The notes under the pieces were generated by a model. It ran no database searches and was not told where the DNA came from. It was given only the letters and a program-made list of their open reading frames with translations. Positions 38,492-48,507 of a stretch of 64,000 nt of DNA are shown piece after piece. Origin of the DNA: Candidatus Hermodarchaeota archaeon (GTDB lineage: Archaea > Asgardarchaeota > Lokiarchaeia > Sigyniarchaeales > SOKP01); contig JBHLLP010000003.1 of NCBI GenBank assembly GCA_048885525.1, positions 74,851 through 138,850 of the forward strand, written 5' to 3'. Position 1 is the first letter of the stretch; each line of letters starts with the position of its first letter. The position numbers and the translations under genes were made by a program.

Positions 38492-39469
38492 ATGTTAGGA
38501 GAATTTATAGCAATTTTAGCTGTGCTAACCTTTGTTGGATCTAATGTAATTTTTCGTAAAACAGAGCACGAGGTAACACCAGCTTTTATCAATTTTTTCA
38601 GAACTGGTATAGGCACCTTAACATTTATAATTATAATTTTATTTTTAAATCAATCAAATCTCATTTTTATGCTTCCATGGGAATTATGGTTAGTGTTAAT
38701 TTTAAGTTTCATTTTTGGACAAGTGATTGGGGATACAGCATATTTTATTGCACAAAAAGAATTAGGTACTACCATAGCTCTAGCAATTTCTATGACATTC
38801 CCTCTTTTTACTTTTATTTTATCTCTCATTTTTCTTGATCGCCAATTTAAACTCAACTTAATTATATCATTAATTCTAATTGGAATAGGAATTACGATTA
38901 TTGGAAAATCCAAAATAAATTTTAAGAATTCAATATATGAAAAAAGCACTATCAATAAAATTTCCATTAAAACCAGATTTCAAGAATTTTTTAGTAAAAA
39001 TATCATTAAAGCAATATGTTTTTGTTTTATAGCATCTCTCGGATGGGCTATTGGTGCTGTTTTAATTGATTTTGGAATTATTCAAATAGACCAAATTATT
39101 CATGCTGAAGAATTAAGTTCTATTATAGGGAATGTTATTAGATTCCCATTTGCATTACTGATCTTAAGTGCAATGGTATGGAGAGAAAATAAAATAAAAA
39201 AAAGAAAAGAAGATTCACCAAATCAAAAGAAAAGTGTCCATACATGGATACTACTATTGGTTGCTTCAATTTTAGGAACATCGTTAGGGGCATATCTGTA
39301 TACTGAATCTGTACATATAGCTGGGGCAAGTGCGGTATCTTTGATTGCAAGTGCTGCCCCTTTATTTGCACTTCCACTAACTTATTTTATAAATAAGGAA
39401 AATATAACAAAATGGGGTTTTCTAGGTGTAATTTTGACTATTATAGGAGTAATAATTATATTATTTTAG
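38492..39469 (+). CDS. DMT/EamA family transporter
   Basis: About ten TM helices in two EamA repeats; PLFT and PLFA motifs. Confidence 0.85.
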   Translation: MLGEFIAILAVLTFVGSNVIFRKTEHEVTPAFINFFRTGIGTLTFIIIILFLNQSNLIFMLPWELWLVLILSFIFGQVIGDTAYFIAQKELGTTIALAISMTFPLFTFILSLIFLDRQFKLNLIISLILIGIGITIIGKSKINFKNSIYEKSTINKISIKTRFQEFFSKNIIKAICFCFIASLGWAIGAVLIDFGIIQIDQIIHAEELSSIIGNVIRFPFALLILSAMVWRENKIKKRKEDSPNQKKSVHTWILLLVASILGTSLGAYLYTESVHIAGASAVSLIASAAPLFALPLTYFINKENITKWGFLGVILTIIGVIIILF

Positions 39470-39483
39470 ATAGAATGCTTGTT

Positions 39484-40578
39484 TTATTCATAATATTGTT
39501 CAAATAATTTTAATTCCTCTGAAATTACTTTTAATTTTGCCATTTCCTCTTCTGTTGGTGCCTCTTCCTTATAAATGTCATATTCTTTCAATTTGAGACT
39601 TTTTCTAACTTGCCTTTCTAATTTATTTATTTTTTGCTTTGTGGCAAAAAATTTTATTATCTTGAACTTCAATTTAGTCAGAGGTTTCTCCCATTCTTTT
39701 ATAAATTCACCATCTTGAATTTCCTTTAAAATTTCAGTCATCTTTGGTATTAAATGAATTTTTCTGAATCGTATACCCCTACTCATAGCTCCGTATTGGC
39801 TTGTTTGAGAATGAAAATCCACTTGTTTAATTAAACCAACATCTGCCATCTTCTTATATGTATAAGACATCTCATTACTCATATACATTTCAACTAGTAC
39901 TGCTTCAGGAGGGTATCCTGCTTCAATTAAAGTATAAATACTTGATAATAACACTCTGCCAAATACTGGTCCAAATGCTTGTTCATTAAATAGATCTAAC
40001 TCAGCTTCTTGTTTGAAAGTTAGCATTATTGCACCTTTTTTTAGTGTTCCAATTCCTTTAGCAAGAGCAAGCAAAAGTTCTTTAGCTTTTCCTGATGCAT
40101 CTTGCTCTATAGCGATAAAACTAAAGAATCCTTCATTTTTCAAATAACTCTCTCTCACACCAACTCCTATCATTTTGGGTGCTATTAAGAGAACATCTAC
40201 ATTTGGTGGAGGCTTCAAAATCTTAAAACCGACGTTATATCCACTAGCAAATACAATTGTGGATTCTAACTTAAGGTTTGGTTTAATTTCTTTCTCAAAA
40301 ATTTCATTTAAAATCTCATCAGGGATTAATATAAATACTATATCAGATTTCTGAGTTGCTTCTTTAATAGAAAATACAGAAAAGTTATCACTTTCTGCAG
40401 TTCTCCAGTAATTATCTTTAATGTTTCCTATAATTACATTTAGCCCAGAATCTCTTAAATTAAGGGCTTGGGCTCTACCTTGATTTCCGTATCCAACTAT
40501 ACTAATTGTCTTATTGTTTAAAGTTGAAAGATCTCCATCTGTCTCATGAAAAATATCTACCATACTTAATATCTCCAA
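39484..40578 (-). CDS. ilvC: Ketol-acid reductoisomerase
   Basis: IVGYGNQGRAQALNLRDSG, LIPDE, DLFNEQ, GYPPEAV, SQTSQYG. Probable ATG at 40563 after GGAG. Confidence 0.9.
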   Translation of the reverse strand: MEILSMVDIFHETDGDLSTLNNKTISIVGYGNQGRAQALNLRDSGLNVIIGNIKDNYWRTAESDNFSVFSIKEATQKSDIVFILIPDEILNEIFEKEIKPNLKLESTIVFASGYNVGFKILKPPPNVDVLLIAPKMIGVGVRESYLKNEGFFSFIAIEQDASGKAKELLLALAKGIGTLKKGAIMLTFKQEAELDLFNEQAFGPVFGRVLLSSIYTLIEAGYPPEAVLVEMYMSNEMSYTYKKMADVGLIKQVDFHSQTSQYGAMSRGIRFRKIHLIPKMTEILKEIQDGEFIKEWEKPLTKLKFKIIKFFATKQKINKLERQVRKSLKLKEYDIYKEEAPTEEEMAKLKVISEELKLFEQYYE

Positions 40579-40636
40579 ATAAATACTTTATATGATATAA
40601 GAAAGAGCTTTCTTAAATAATAGTCGAAATAATTTT

Positions 40637-41245
40637 CTATTGCAATCGATCGTAATCTAATTTATTCTTTTCAAGTATTCTAATAACAAGCTCTTTGAAA
40701 ATTAATTCAATATTATAATTCTCTTTTGAAGATGTTTTATAAAAAATACTTTCTTCATGCCTTTTCATGAATCTATCAATTACTAAACCATCAACTCTCG
40801 CTTTTTCGTCTGCAGTCTTTATAAGATCACTTTTAGCTCCAATAAACATCCTAGGTGTATGTTCTTGGTTATAATCATCCAGCCGTTCATACCACCAATC
40901 TAATCTCAGTAAAGTTTGAATATCAATTAAATCGAATACCATAAAAATTCCGTTCGCCCCATTGATGTAATAAGGAAACAATTTTTTGAATTGTTCCCTT
41001 CCACCAAAATCCCATATACTAAGTCGTACGAATGAATCATCACCGTTTACAATAACAGGAACATCTTTTGTGTAGAATTCAATACCGAGTGTTTCTTTAG
41101 TATTAACATCAAATGTATCAAAACATAATCTTTTTGCGATACAAGTTTTCCCTACTCTTTCTTGACCCAATATACAGATTTTAAAAATATAACTAGGCTT
41201 CTCTTTATCATCCATATTCATAAGAGGAGCATTAAATTTAGCCAT
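40637..41245 (-). CDS. Rab-like small GTPase
   Basis: FKICILGQERVGKT, TLGIEF, IWDFGGREQF, GAKSDL, TSSK. Confidence 0.9.
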   Translation of the reverse strand: MAKFNAPLMNMDDKEKPSYIFKICILGQERVGKTCIAKRLCFDTFDVNTKETLGIEFYTKDVPVIVNGDDSFVRLSIWDFGGREQFKKLFPYYINGANGIFMVFDLIDIQTLLRLDWWYERLDDYNQEHTPRMFIGAKSDLIKTADEKARVDGLVIDRFMKRHEESIFYKTSSKENYNIELIFKELVIRILEKNKLDYDRLQ

Positions 41246-41355
41246 GATTCTGATATTTTTTTATTATTGAAATTATCTAAATCTTATAATTAAAAATAAA
41301 AGCCGAGATTTATAAGTTTTGTACATAGTAACTTAACAACGATGTTGAATGAGAT

Positions 41356-41820
41356 TTGAATGAAAAACAATTATTTCCAGATTATGAACCAAAAACAACT
41401 CCAGATACCATCTATGATTATTTAAGAAAACCAGATTCATTTGTTCATAAGATTCTAGAGGAAATTGGTCAACCGAGCTTAGAAAAACTGAAGCTCATTG
41501 TAGACTATTTTCATAGATATAAAAAGGCTGCAGATATGAATCCTGGAGGATATGAAGAAGGAAATATTGCGATAGGAGCTAGCCAAGATCAATATTATCC
41601 CTCAGAAGAGGAGATCCTTGTTTCTGAATTGGGTAAAATGATTAAAGATATTATTACTTCATATTCAAAAAAGCAAATTGAAAAAATTAAACAAAAAGAA
41701 AAAGTTCTCTCTCAAGCAATAATGTTTAATGAAATTATCTTTCGACATGTAGATGTAATGGGATCTGGTCGATTTTTTTATGCTGAGAAGAAGAAACCAA
41801 AAGTTGAGTTAAAATTATAA
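41356..41820 (+). CDS. Hypothetical protein
   Basis: 154-aa ORF with protein-like composition; no family recognised. Confidence 0.65.
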   Translation: MNEKQLFPDYEPKTTPDTIYDYLRKPDSFVHKILEEIGQPSLEKLKLIVDYFHRYKKAADMNPGGYEEGNIAIGASQDQYYPSEEEILVSELGKMIKDIITSYSKKQIEKIKQKEKVLSQAIMFNEIIFRHVDVMGSGRFFYAEKKKPKVELKL

Positions 41821-41846
41821 AAATTCTATACCATTTTATGAAATAT

Positions 41847-42917
41847 TTAAGAGTTGATGCCTCTAGTGAAGGATTTTAAATTTAAATTTCCATTTGTAAC
41901 GATTTCTACATAGGATGGTTGCATATGTTGCCAAGATCCACTATTCAATATTTCTACATCCCGATTGTTTATCTTTCCGTAAGAAAAACCACTATGATGG
42001 GTATGTCCATATATAACGTGATTAATTTTTGAAAAGTTATACTTATCATCCTCTAAAAAATCTTTTATTCTATCAAAATAATAAACAGGATTACTCGTAT
42101 TTTGCCACTTATTCATAATGCGCATGTTAGTCTTAATTAATTTAAATTCTACAGGACTTAATCCTGAAAAAAGTGTATTTATTGATTCAATTGACATGTT
42201 TTTTAGTGAAACTAGCTCTTCTTTCATCTGATCTAACGAAATAGGTTTGATTTTTCTTCCCTCTTTAATCACTTCATTCCAAAAATAATCGAAGGTTTCT
42301 TTTATTTCAAAATTATTATTGGAAATTAAAGATTTCCATATCTGCCCTACAAAAAATCGATACATATCACTATCAAATTGATATCCATGTGTCATAAAAC
42401 AGTAATAATCCGTGTCTAAATCAAGTCCTTCAATTTTTATTTTCTTTATTGGATTATTTTCAATTTGATCTCGTGAATCGTATAATAAAAGTATGGCTTC
42501 GTTATTGTGCTTTTTTAGTAATAAATAGTGACAGTATAATTCTTCATTAAATAATTCGCTAAAATCGCTATTTTTAAACTTGTTCAAAAACTTATGTTCC
42601 CGACGTTTAAATTTTTCATCATAATCTCCAGTAACAGGAATCTCATGATTTCCAAGGGTTATAATAAGATTATTTGATTTTTTAATGTCAAGCAAAAGTT
42701 TAAAAATTTCTTGGATTTTTTTCCTTTTTAAAATACCTTCGGGAACATCCATACATAAATCAATAAAGTCTCCCAGTATTATAAGAGCTTGTAACTCACT
42801 CCCAAATTCTCCATTAATAATGTCCTTTAAAAAGTGAATAAATAAATCCCTTTCACAATCCAAGGAACCTAAGTGAATGTCCGAAACAATTAATATCTTT
42901 GGTTTGATTTCACCCAC
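41847..42917 (-). CDS. Calcineurin-like metallophosphoesterase
   Basis: SDIHLG, LGDFID, GNHE, THG, GHTH, NSGSW. Confidence 0.88.
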   Translation of the reverse strand: MGEIKPKILIVSDIHLGSLDCERDLFIHFLKDIINGEFGSELQALIILGDFIDLCMDVPEGILKRKKIQEIFKLLLDIKKSNNLIITLGNHEIPVTGDYDEKFKRREHKFLNKFKNSDFSELFNEELYCHYLLLKKHNNEAILLLYDSRDQIENNPIKKIKIEGLDLDTDYYCFMTHGYQFDSDMYRFFVGQIWKSLISNNNFEIKETFDYFWNEVIKEGRKIKPISLDQMKEELVSLKNMSIESINTLFSGLSPVEFKLIKTNMRIMNKWQNTSNPVYYFDRIKDFLEDDKYNFSKINHVIYGHTHHSGFSYGKINNRDVEILNSGSWQHMQPSYVEIVTNGNLNLKSFTRGINS

Positions 42918-43428
42918 TTTTTATCATACCTTTATCGTATTTATTATTAAAATCTAATTAAAATAGAATACACTAAAATTATTAAGTAGATTGCTTAAAG
43001 TTTAAATTTGAGTATAAAAGAAATAAAGAATAAAAAATAAGAATTTTAAAAAGTCTTAAATTATACCTCAAAAATATTATATTGTAAAATTTATCAACGG
43101 TAAACAGGAAGAATTTTTATCTTCTATAATATGGACTAAAGAATCATTAAAAAATTCTTCCCAACTATAAACAAGTTTATATTACTAGGATCACAATTGT
43201 ATCATTTGAAATCTAAAATTGATCAATTCTAATTAACTGAATTCACTAATAAAAAATTTGTTAATTTTTTTGATGAATTTTTTTTGTCGACTAAATTTGA
43301 TTGATCAGATTTATCGGATTAATGATGATCAAACAACATATTTAAATATAAGAAATACTAATTAAAATTTAAATACACTTTAAAAAAAAGAATAAAATTT
43401 TAATATAAATTAGTGGAGGAATAAAAAA

Positions 43429-43635
43429 ATGGCCGCATTTGCATGGAGTCCACTACGGGCTCTAATGAAGAAAGCTGGAGCAGAAATCGTAAGTCGAGCC
43501 GCAGTTGATAAATTAATGGATTATTTAGAAGAATATGCAAAAAATTTAACTGGTTGTGCGCTTGATATTGCTAAACACTCCGGCAGAAAGAAAGTAACCG
43601 CTGCAGATATGAAAATCGCTATCGGCTTAGTATAA
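43429..43635 (+). CDS. Archaeal histone (HMf-like, tailless)
   Basis: Histone-fold pattern P...LMKKAGAEIVS..A...L...LEE......A..IAKHSGRKKV...D; GGAGG RBS upstream. Confidence 0.92.
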   Translation: MAAFAWSPLRALMKKAGAEIVSRAAVDKLMDYLEEYAKNLTGCALDIAKHSGRKKVTAADMKIAIGLV

Positions 43636-43682
43636 GTCTTTAAAGAAGGTTCATTTTTATGCGATTTTAATATTTCCAGCAA

Positions 43683-43698
43683 TTTTTTTTATTTTTTT
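43683..43698 (+). terminator. Candidate oligo-T terminator after the histone gene
   Basis: T8-A-T7 tract about 50 nt after the stop, in a convergent intergenic region. Confidence 0.35.
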
Positions 43699-43778
43699 AT
43701 TATTCTTCTTATATACACTCCAAATAGATATATTCATGGACTATTTTTTAGATAAAAAAAAAAATTAAATGAGAATAT

Positions 43779-44249
43779 TTAAGAAGTGTATTTAGTTGTT
43801 GCTTCTGAATATATAGTATCTTTAGCATAATCAAAAGATGCTATATGGTCAGGTGTTACTGAAATTTTTACCCATTCTCCTATTTCGGATAAGCCTTTAT
43901 AATAACCTTTTGCTTCCTTTTGAGGCATGTATCTACTGAATATGGAAATTGCTGTTTCTTCTAAAATCTTCTCATCTATATTTGCTTTACCATAAATTAT
44001 AACACCCCTAGTTGGTGGCCCATATTCATCAATTAGGATTGTAACACTATTATTTCGACCAAAATTTCGCACCCTTCTACTAGTTTTAGGTGCTCCTATA
44101 ATTATTTTCCCATTTTCATAATTATACCACACAGGTACAGCATGAATAGTGCCATCTTTATTATGAGAACATATTCTAGCAACTTTAGCAGTTTTTATAA
44201 ATTCTTCAATTTCCTTATCAGTTAAATGAGGAGGTTGTGTATATGACAT
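43779..44249 (-). CDS. Pyridoxamine 5'-phosphate oxidase-like (FMN/F420-binding split barrel) protein
   Basis: ARICSHNKDGTIHAVPVWY...RVRN..RN..VTILID...GVIIYGKA. Confidence 0.85.
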   Translation of the reverse strand: MSYTQPPHLTDKEIEEFIKTAKVARICSHNKDGTIHAVPVWYNYENGKIIIGAPKTSRRVRNFGRNNSVTILIDEYGPPTRGVIIYGKANIDEKILEETAISIFSRYMPQKEAKGYYKGLSEIGEWVKISVTPDHIASFDYAKDTIYSEATTKYTS

Positions 44250-44428
44250 TTTAGCCCTCTATTTAATATAATAAAAAAAAGAAAGAATTATTATTTATAA
44301 ATGCAGTATCTTTTTAAAGCTCTATATTTATTTCAGTGTATTCAAAATGCTGTTAATTTAATATAATAATAATAATTTTACTGAATATAGTTCAAATTAT
44401 TTTTTATAACAAAAGGGAAGTTAAAATA

Positions 44429-44983
44429 TTGTTAGAAAGGTTTAAAGAATCACCTAAAGATAAATATGTTATTCTAATTACGCTATTTGGCTTAGCTATA
44501 GTAATATTGACTTATATACTAATTTTCATGCCTATTGAGGTGGCAGTTCCAACTTATGGAATTTTAGATTACGAATTTGCCTGGACTCCCGAAAAAGTAG
44601 GAATTATCTTTTCAGTATGGGGTGCTGATGGTATAAATAGACAAATATCGGCAATATATTGGGATTTTTTGTATATTATAGGATATGTTTCTTTGGCTCT
44701 TGGATTGATTTTCCTGGTGTTAAGGAGATCAGAAGGAAAAATTCGAACACTTGGACTTTATTTTACTCTTACACCTTTTTTAACAGGAATTTTTGATATT
44801 ATCGAAAACATAAATCTATTAATAATGCTGAGCACTCCTATCTCAATCTCGACAATAAATCCATTTATAGCATCCTTAAGTGCATTAATAAAGTTCATTT
44901 TTTTATTTTCTGCAATAGCATATTTTATTATAGCTATAATTATCTTAGTTATAAATAGAGTTAGAAAGCATGAAAAAAAATAA
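44429..44983 (+). CDS. Hypothetical membrane protein
   Basis: Four TM helices; WDFLYIIGY and FDIIENI motifs. Confidence 0.75.
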   Translation: MLERFKESPKDKYVILITLFGLAIVILTYILIFMPIEVAVPTYGILDYEFAWTPEKVGIIFSVWGADGINRQISAIYWDFLYIIGYVSLALGLIFLVLRRSEGKIRTLGLYFTLTPFLTGIFDIIENINLLIMLSTPISISTINPFIASLSALIKFIFLFSAIAYFIIAIIILVINRVRKHEKK

Positions 44984-45062
44984 CAAATTTTAATTTTTTT
45001 AATTTAATTACTAAATCTACTTACTTTCTTTTTTTAAATTTTCTATAATTTCTACATTATTT

Positions 45063-45245
45063 ATGACAATAAACATTAGTTGTATTAAATGTGGAGGTTC
45101 GATGTCAAGCAATAATATATTACGTTCAGATGGGAATAAGTTAACGCAACATTATTGTAACAGTTGTGGATATCATTATGAATCAGGATTTCGTTATAAC
45201 TCATTAACTAAACAATATATTAAATATATACGTTTTAATCCTTAA
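45063..45245 (+). CDS. Small zinc-ribbon protein
   Basis: CIKCG...CNSCG in a 60-aa ORF that fills the gap. Confidence 0.55.
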   Translation: MTINISCIKCGGSMSSNNILRSDGNKLTQHYCNSCGYHYESGFRYNSLTKQYIKYIRFNP

Positions 45246-45256
45246 TTTCATATATT

Positions 45257-45751
45257 CTAAATTTCTATTGTCTTTTGCATCCAAATTATATCAAACGGTT
45301 TGTTGAACTTTTTAGCAATATTTTTAAACCTTCCACATTCACTAAAACCATGCTTTTTATGAAATTTTAAACTCTGTTTATTTAAAGATGATAGGTGAAC
45401 AAGAAATACGGAAATTCCTTTACTTATTGCATCTTCTACCAATTTATTCAACAAAATCGTACCAAAGCCTTTATTAGTATATTCAGGTTTAATGAAATAA
45501 CTTAATTGTCCAGTATGCTTGAAATTATCATAGGGTAAATAATTTCTTAAAAAGGCGAAGCCTGTAATTTCCTGTCCGATTTCTAGAATAATAAATGAAA
45601 TAGAGTCTTTAATTAGGTGATTTATGAAGTCAATATTAACCTCTTTTTCAGAATATACTGCAAATCCATTTATAACATGATAATTAAAAATTGATAAAAT
45701 AGAACTTATGTCAGATTCTTTTAAGTCCCTAATTTTAAATTCATACTGCAT
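45257..45751 (-). CDS. GNAT N-acetyltransferase (phosphinothricin acetyltransferase/YncA-like)
   Basis: IRD...D...I..IFN, YTNKGFGTILL, NKQSLKFHKKHGF, KFNKPFDIIWMQK. Confidence 0.88.
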   Translation of the reverse strand: MQYEFKIRDLKESDISSILSIFNYHVINGFAVYSEKEVNIDFINHLIKDSISFIILEIGQEITGFAFLRNYLPYDNFKHTGQLSYFIKPEYTNKGFGTILLNKLVEDAISKGISVFLVHLSSLNKQSLKFHKKHGFSECGRFKNIAKKFNKPFDIIWMQKTIEI

Positions 45752-45833
45752 TAATAGTACTTAATTTAGCTTTGGCATTTAAGATTATTTTACTTAAATG
45801 TATAGTTTAATATTTGGTTGATCATATACATTT

Positions 45834-46358
45834 TTAGCTAGAATACTTTTCGAAAAGAATTTCTGTTATAACATTAAAAGCTTTTTCAACATTTACCCCT
45901 GTTTTAGATGACAATTCAATAAAAGCAGCAAGATTGTATTTTTTTGCTGCTAAAATTCCATCATCTCTAGTGATTGCTCGAAATTCGATCAAATCTACTT
46001 TTGAACCAATCAACATTATAGGTATATCCCCCGCATGTTCTCTGATAACTTGAGTCCAATCTGGCAAGTGATCTAGGGATTTTTGATTGGTGATATCGTA
46101 TAAGAAAAAAGCACCATTCGCACCTTTGCTATATTGAGATAGTAAAAATCGAAATCTTTCTTCTCCTCCAAAATCCCAAATTTGTAATTTTACCTTTTTA
46201 TCTCTAAAAGATGTTGTCTTAGAATAGAAATCAACGCCTATTGTTAATTTTAGATCTTCCATAAAAAATCCCGAAATGTATCTCATTGTGAGTGAAGTCT
46301 TCCCAACGGAAGCATCACCTAACATCATGATTTTAAAAGTGTAATCGTAATCTGTCAT
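45834..46358 (-). CDS. Rab-like small GTPase
   Basis: YDYTFKIMMLGDASVGKTS, TIGVDF, LQIWDFGGEERFR, GSKVDL, LSSKTG.NV. Confidence 0.93.
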   Translation of the reverse strand: MTDYDYTFKIMMLGDASVGKTSLTMRYISGFFMEDLKLTIGVDFYSKTTSFRDKKVKLQIWDFGGEERFRFLLSQYSKGANGAFFLYDITNQKSLDHLPDWTQVIREHAGDIPIMLIGSKVDLIEFRAITRDDGILAAKKYNLAAFIELSSKTGVNVEKAFNVITEILFEKYSS

Positions 46359-46491
46359 TTTTTCGATTGCTCGGATATTTTGAGATTCTCTTAGGGAATT
46401 AACAAAATAAATTTAAAATTATTATTGAAATTTACCTAATAATAATTAATTTTTGTCTAATTTAAAATTAATATTTTATTATAAGTAAAAA

Positions 46492-47133
46492 TCAAATTAA
46501 CAATATGAGAATATTAAAGCAAGAATGAGCAATTGAACAAGGAATTATTGAATAATTATAGTACACATAAATTAGAGATAGCAATATACCAAAGATAAAA
46601 TAATACCCAAAAAAAGTTATAATTGTTGTTATTGGTACTAATAATGGAGGGAGATGATAAATTGTAAAAAATATTGAAGAAATAATAATTGAATAGCTTA
46701 TCTTCAATTTTGTTTTTATTTTTTGTATAAGATAGCCTCTGAAAAAAGCTTCTTCGCAAGGACCTATAATAATTATTTGTAAAATTACCAATATTATTAA
46801 TTGACCCAAATTAGGTAGAATAGGAGTTGTGTCTATAACACCTTCTTGTCCAAGTTCGATAAATTCAGAACCAAATAAATTCCGTACGATAAAATCCCTA
46901 AAAAAAATGATTATATAATTCCCAAAAAAAAAGAAGAGGATTCCAAAACTTAAGCCTGATATGATTTTAATTAAAATATCTTCATTTTTTTGAAATCCCA
47001 TCTGGTTTATAGCATCTTTAAAAGAAATTTTTTCCAATTTACTAGAGACTAAAGCTGGAACAATAACAAATAAAAGTTCAAAAATTGTTAATCCTATCAA
47101 AATCCAAGGATTTTCTCCCAACTGTATAGTCAT
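46492..47133 (-). CDS. CPBP/Abi (CAAX protease-like) intramembrane metalloprotease
   Basis: EEAFFRG, FTIYH and HSCFN motifs intact. Confidence 0.88.
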   Translation of the reverse strand: MTIQLGENPWILIGLTIFELLFVIVPALVSSKLEKISFKDAINQMGFQKNEDILIKIISGLSFGILFFFFGNYIIIFFRDFIVRNLFGSEFIELGQEGVIDTTPILPNLGQLIILVILQIIIIGPCEEAFFRGYLIQKIKTKLKISYSIIISSIFFTIYHLPPLLVPITTIITFFGYYFIFGILLSLIYVYYNYSIIPCSIAHSCFNILILLI

Positions 47134-47226
47134 TCTTTTTATACAAATGTTTTTAATTAGTACTCAAAAATCAAAAAATTAAATATCTCATTATTATTAT
47201 TTTTAATTCTATTATTTGTAGTTTTA

Positions 47227-48507
47227 ATGACAGTTAGGAATAAGAGTGTAAAAATAGAATTAAAAAAATTCAATATTCATTTTAATAATAAAGAAACTAC
47301 TAATAATCCAGGATTAACAAAGGAACAACTGCTATTAAAGGATCTTAAAGCTATTGCAAAAGAGTACTTAATTGTTGAAAAATTAAAAAAAAATTTTGTT
47401 AACATACTATTGAAAAACCTAAATAACATAGATTTCTCAACGTTCATCAATTTTCCCCGATTTTACATTAAAGAAGAAAATTTAAAAAAGGGGGTTTCTT
47501 CCGCTAATGTTAGAGGATTAAATGTTGTAAGTGTTGACGGAAGTTCGGTTACTAAAAAATTTATGAATGTAGATTTCTCATTCTTAAAGGCCATCGCAGT
47601 AAAATATTATTTCCAAAAAAATCATACTGCAAACATTATTTATTATCCTGATTTAAGTGGATTTAATAATTATTATGTACAAGCAAATTTCCTCAATCAA
47701 GATGAAACTGCTGTAGAAACTAAAGTCTCAATTGACATGAATTTCATGGAAATCAACCTTTTGAATAACCTAATAAGAAAATCTCCTGATATTGATATGA
47801 TAATAATTGATGGATCGATTGTTATTATGCCAATTAATTTATTATTCTCCAAAGATCCAGAAATATCGAGAAAATATGATAAACTTCTGAAAGAATATCA
47901 TACTTTATATTCATATTGTAAAGAAAATGGGATAATATTAATCGGCTCAATTAAAGATACGAGAACTTCGGCATTAGCACATCTTTTACGAGATTCGATT
48001 CAATTATTAAAGCCAAGCTATTCAAACTTAACTGACTTTATTAAAATAAATTACCGAACTATAATTGAATTTTTCTCAGATATTGATTTATTTAATCGTC
48101 TATTGAAGAAGGCTGAAAGATCTTGCATTTTTAACTGTAAAAGAGAAATTGATAAAATAAGAGACACGGGCATTAAAAAAGAAATTCCTTACTATTTTCC
48201 TCTGTCATTTTATGCATTTTATTTAAAAACTGCTCACTATGATACTCCTTGTAGAATAGAATTCTTTATGGATGAAAATCACGCTTATAAAAAAGCATCA
48301 GAGAAAGCAGATTTAATTTCTTCCATATTATTACCAATTTCAAGTTTGAATGAATATTATGGTTTACCAATTCCTCAAATAGAAGCTCATAAGAGAACAG
48401 TTTTTAAACCTAAAGAAGTAGACTTATTACTTAATAATTTAACTAGGACTTTAAATACCCATGGTATTTCTCTATTAGAAAAAAGAAGAAATAGAAGACC
48501 GTTTTAA
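47227..48507 (+). CDS. nurA: NurA-family nuclease
   Basis: VSVDGS, MEI, IIIDGSI, GSIKDT, RIEF, YGLPIPQIEAH. Confidence 0.85.
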   Translation: MTVRNKSVKIELKKFNIHFNNKETTNNPGLTKEQLLLKDLKAIAKEYLIVEKLKKNFVNILLKNLNNIDFSTFINFPRFYIKEENLKKGVSSANVRGLNVVSVDGSSVTKKFMNVDFSFLKAIAVKYYFQKNHTANIIYYPDLSGFNNYYVQANFLNQDETAVETKVSIDMNFMEINLLNNLIRKSPDIDMIIIDGSIVIMPINLLFSKDPEISRKYDKLLKEYHTLYSYCKENGIILIGSIKDTRTSALAHLLRDSIQLLKPSYSNLTDFIKINYRTIIEFFSDIDLFNRLLKKAERSCIFNCKREIDKIRDTGIKKEIPYYFPLSFYAFYLKTAHYDTPCRIEFFMDENHAYKKASEKADLISSILLPISSLNEYYGLPIPQIEAHKRTVFKPKEVDLLLNNLTRTLNTHGISLLEKRRNRRPF

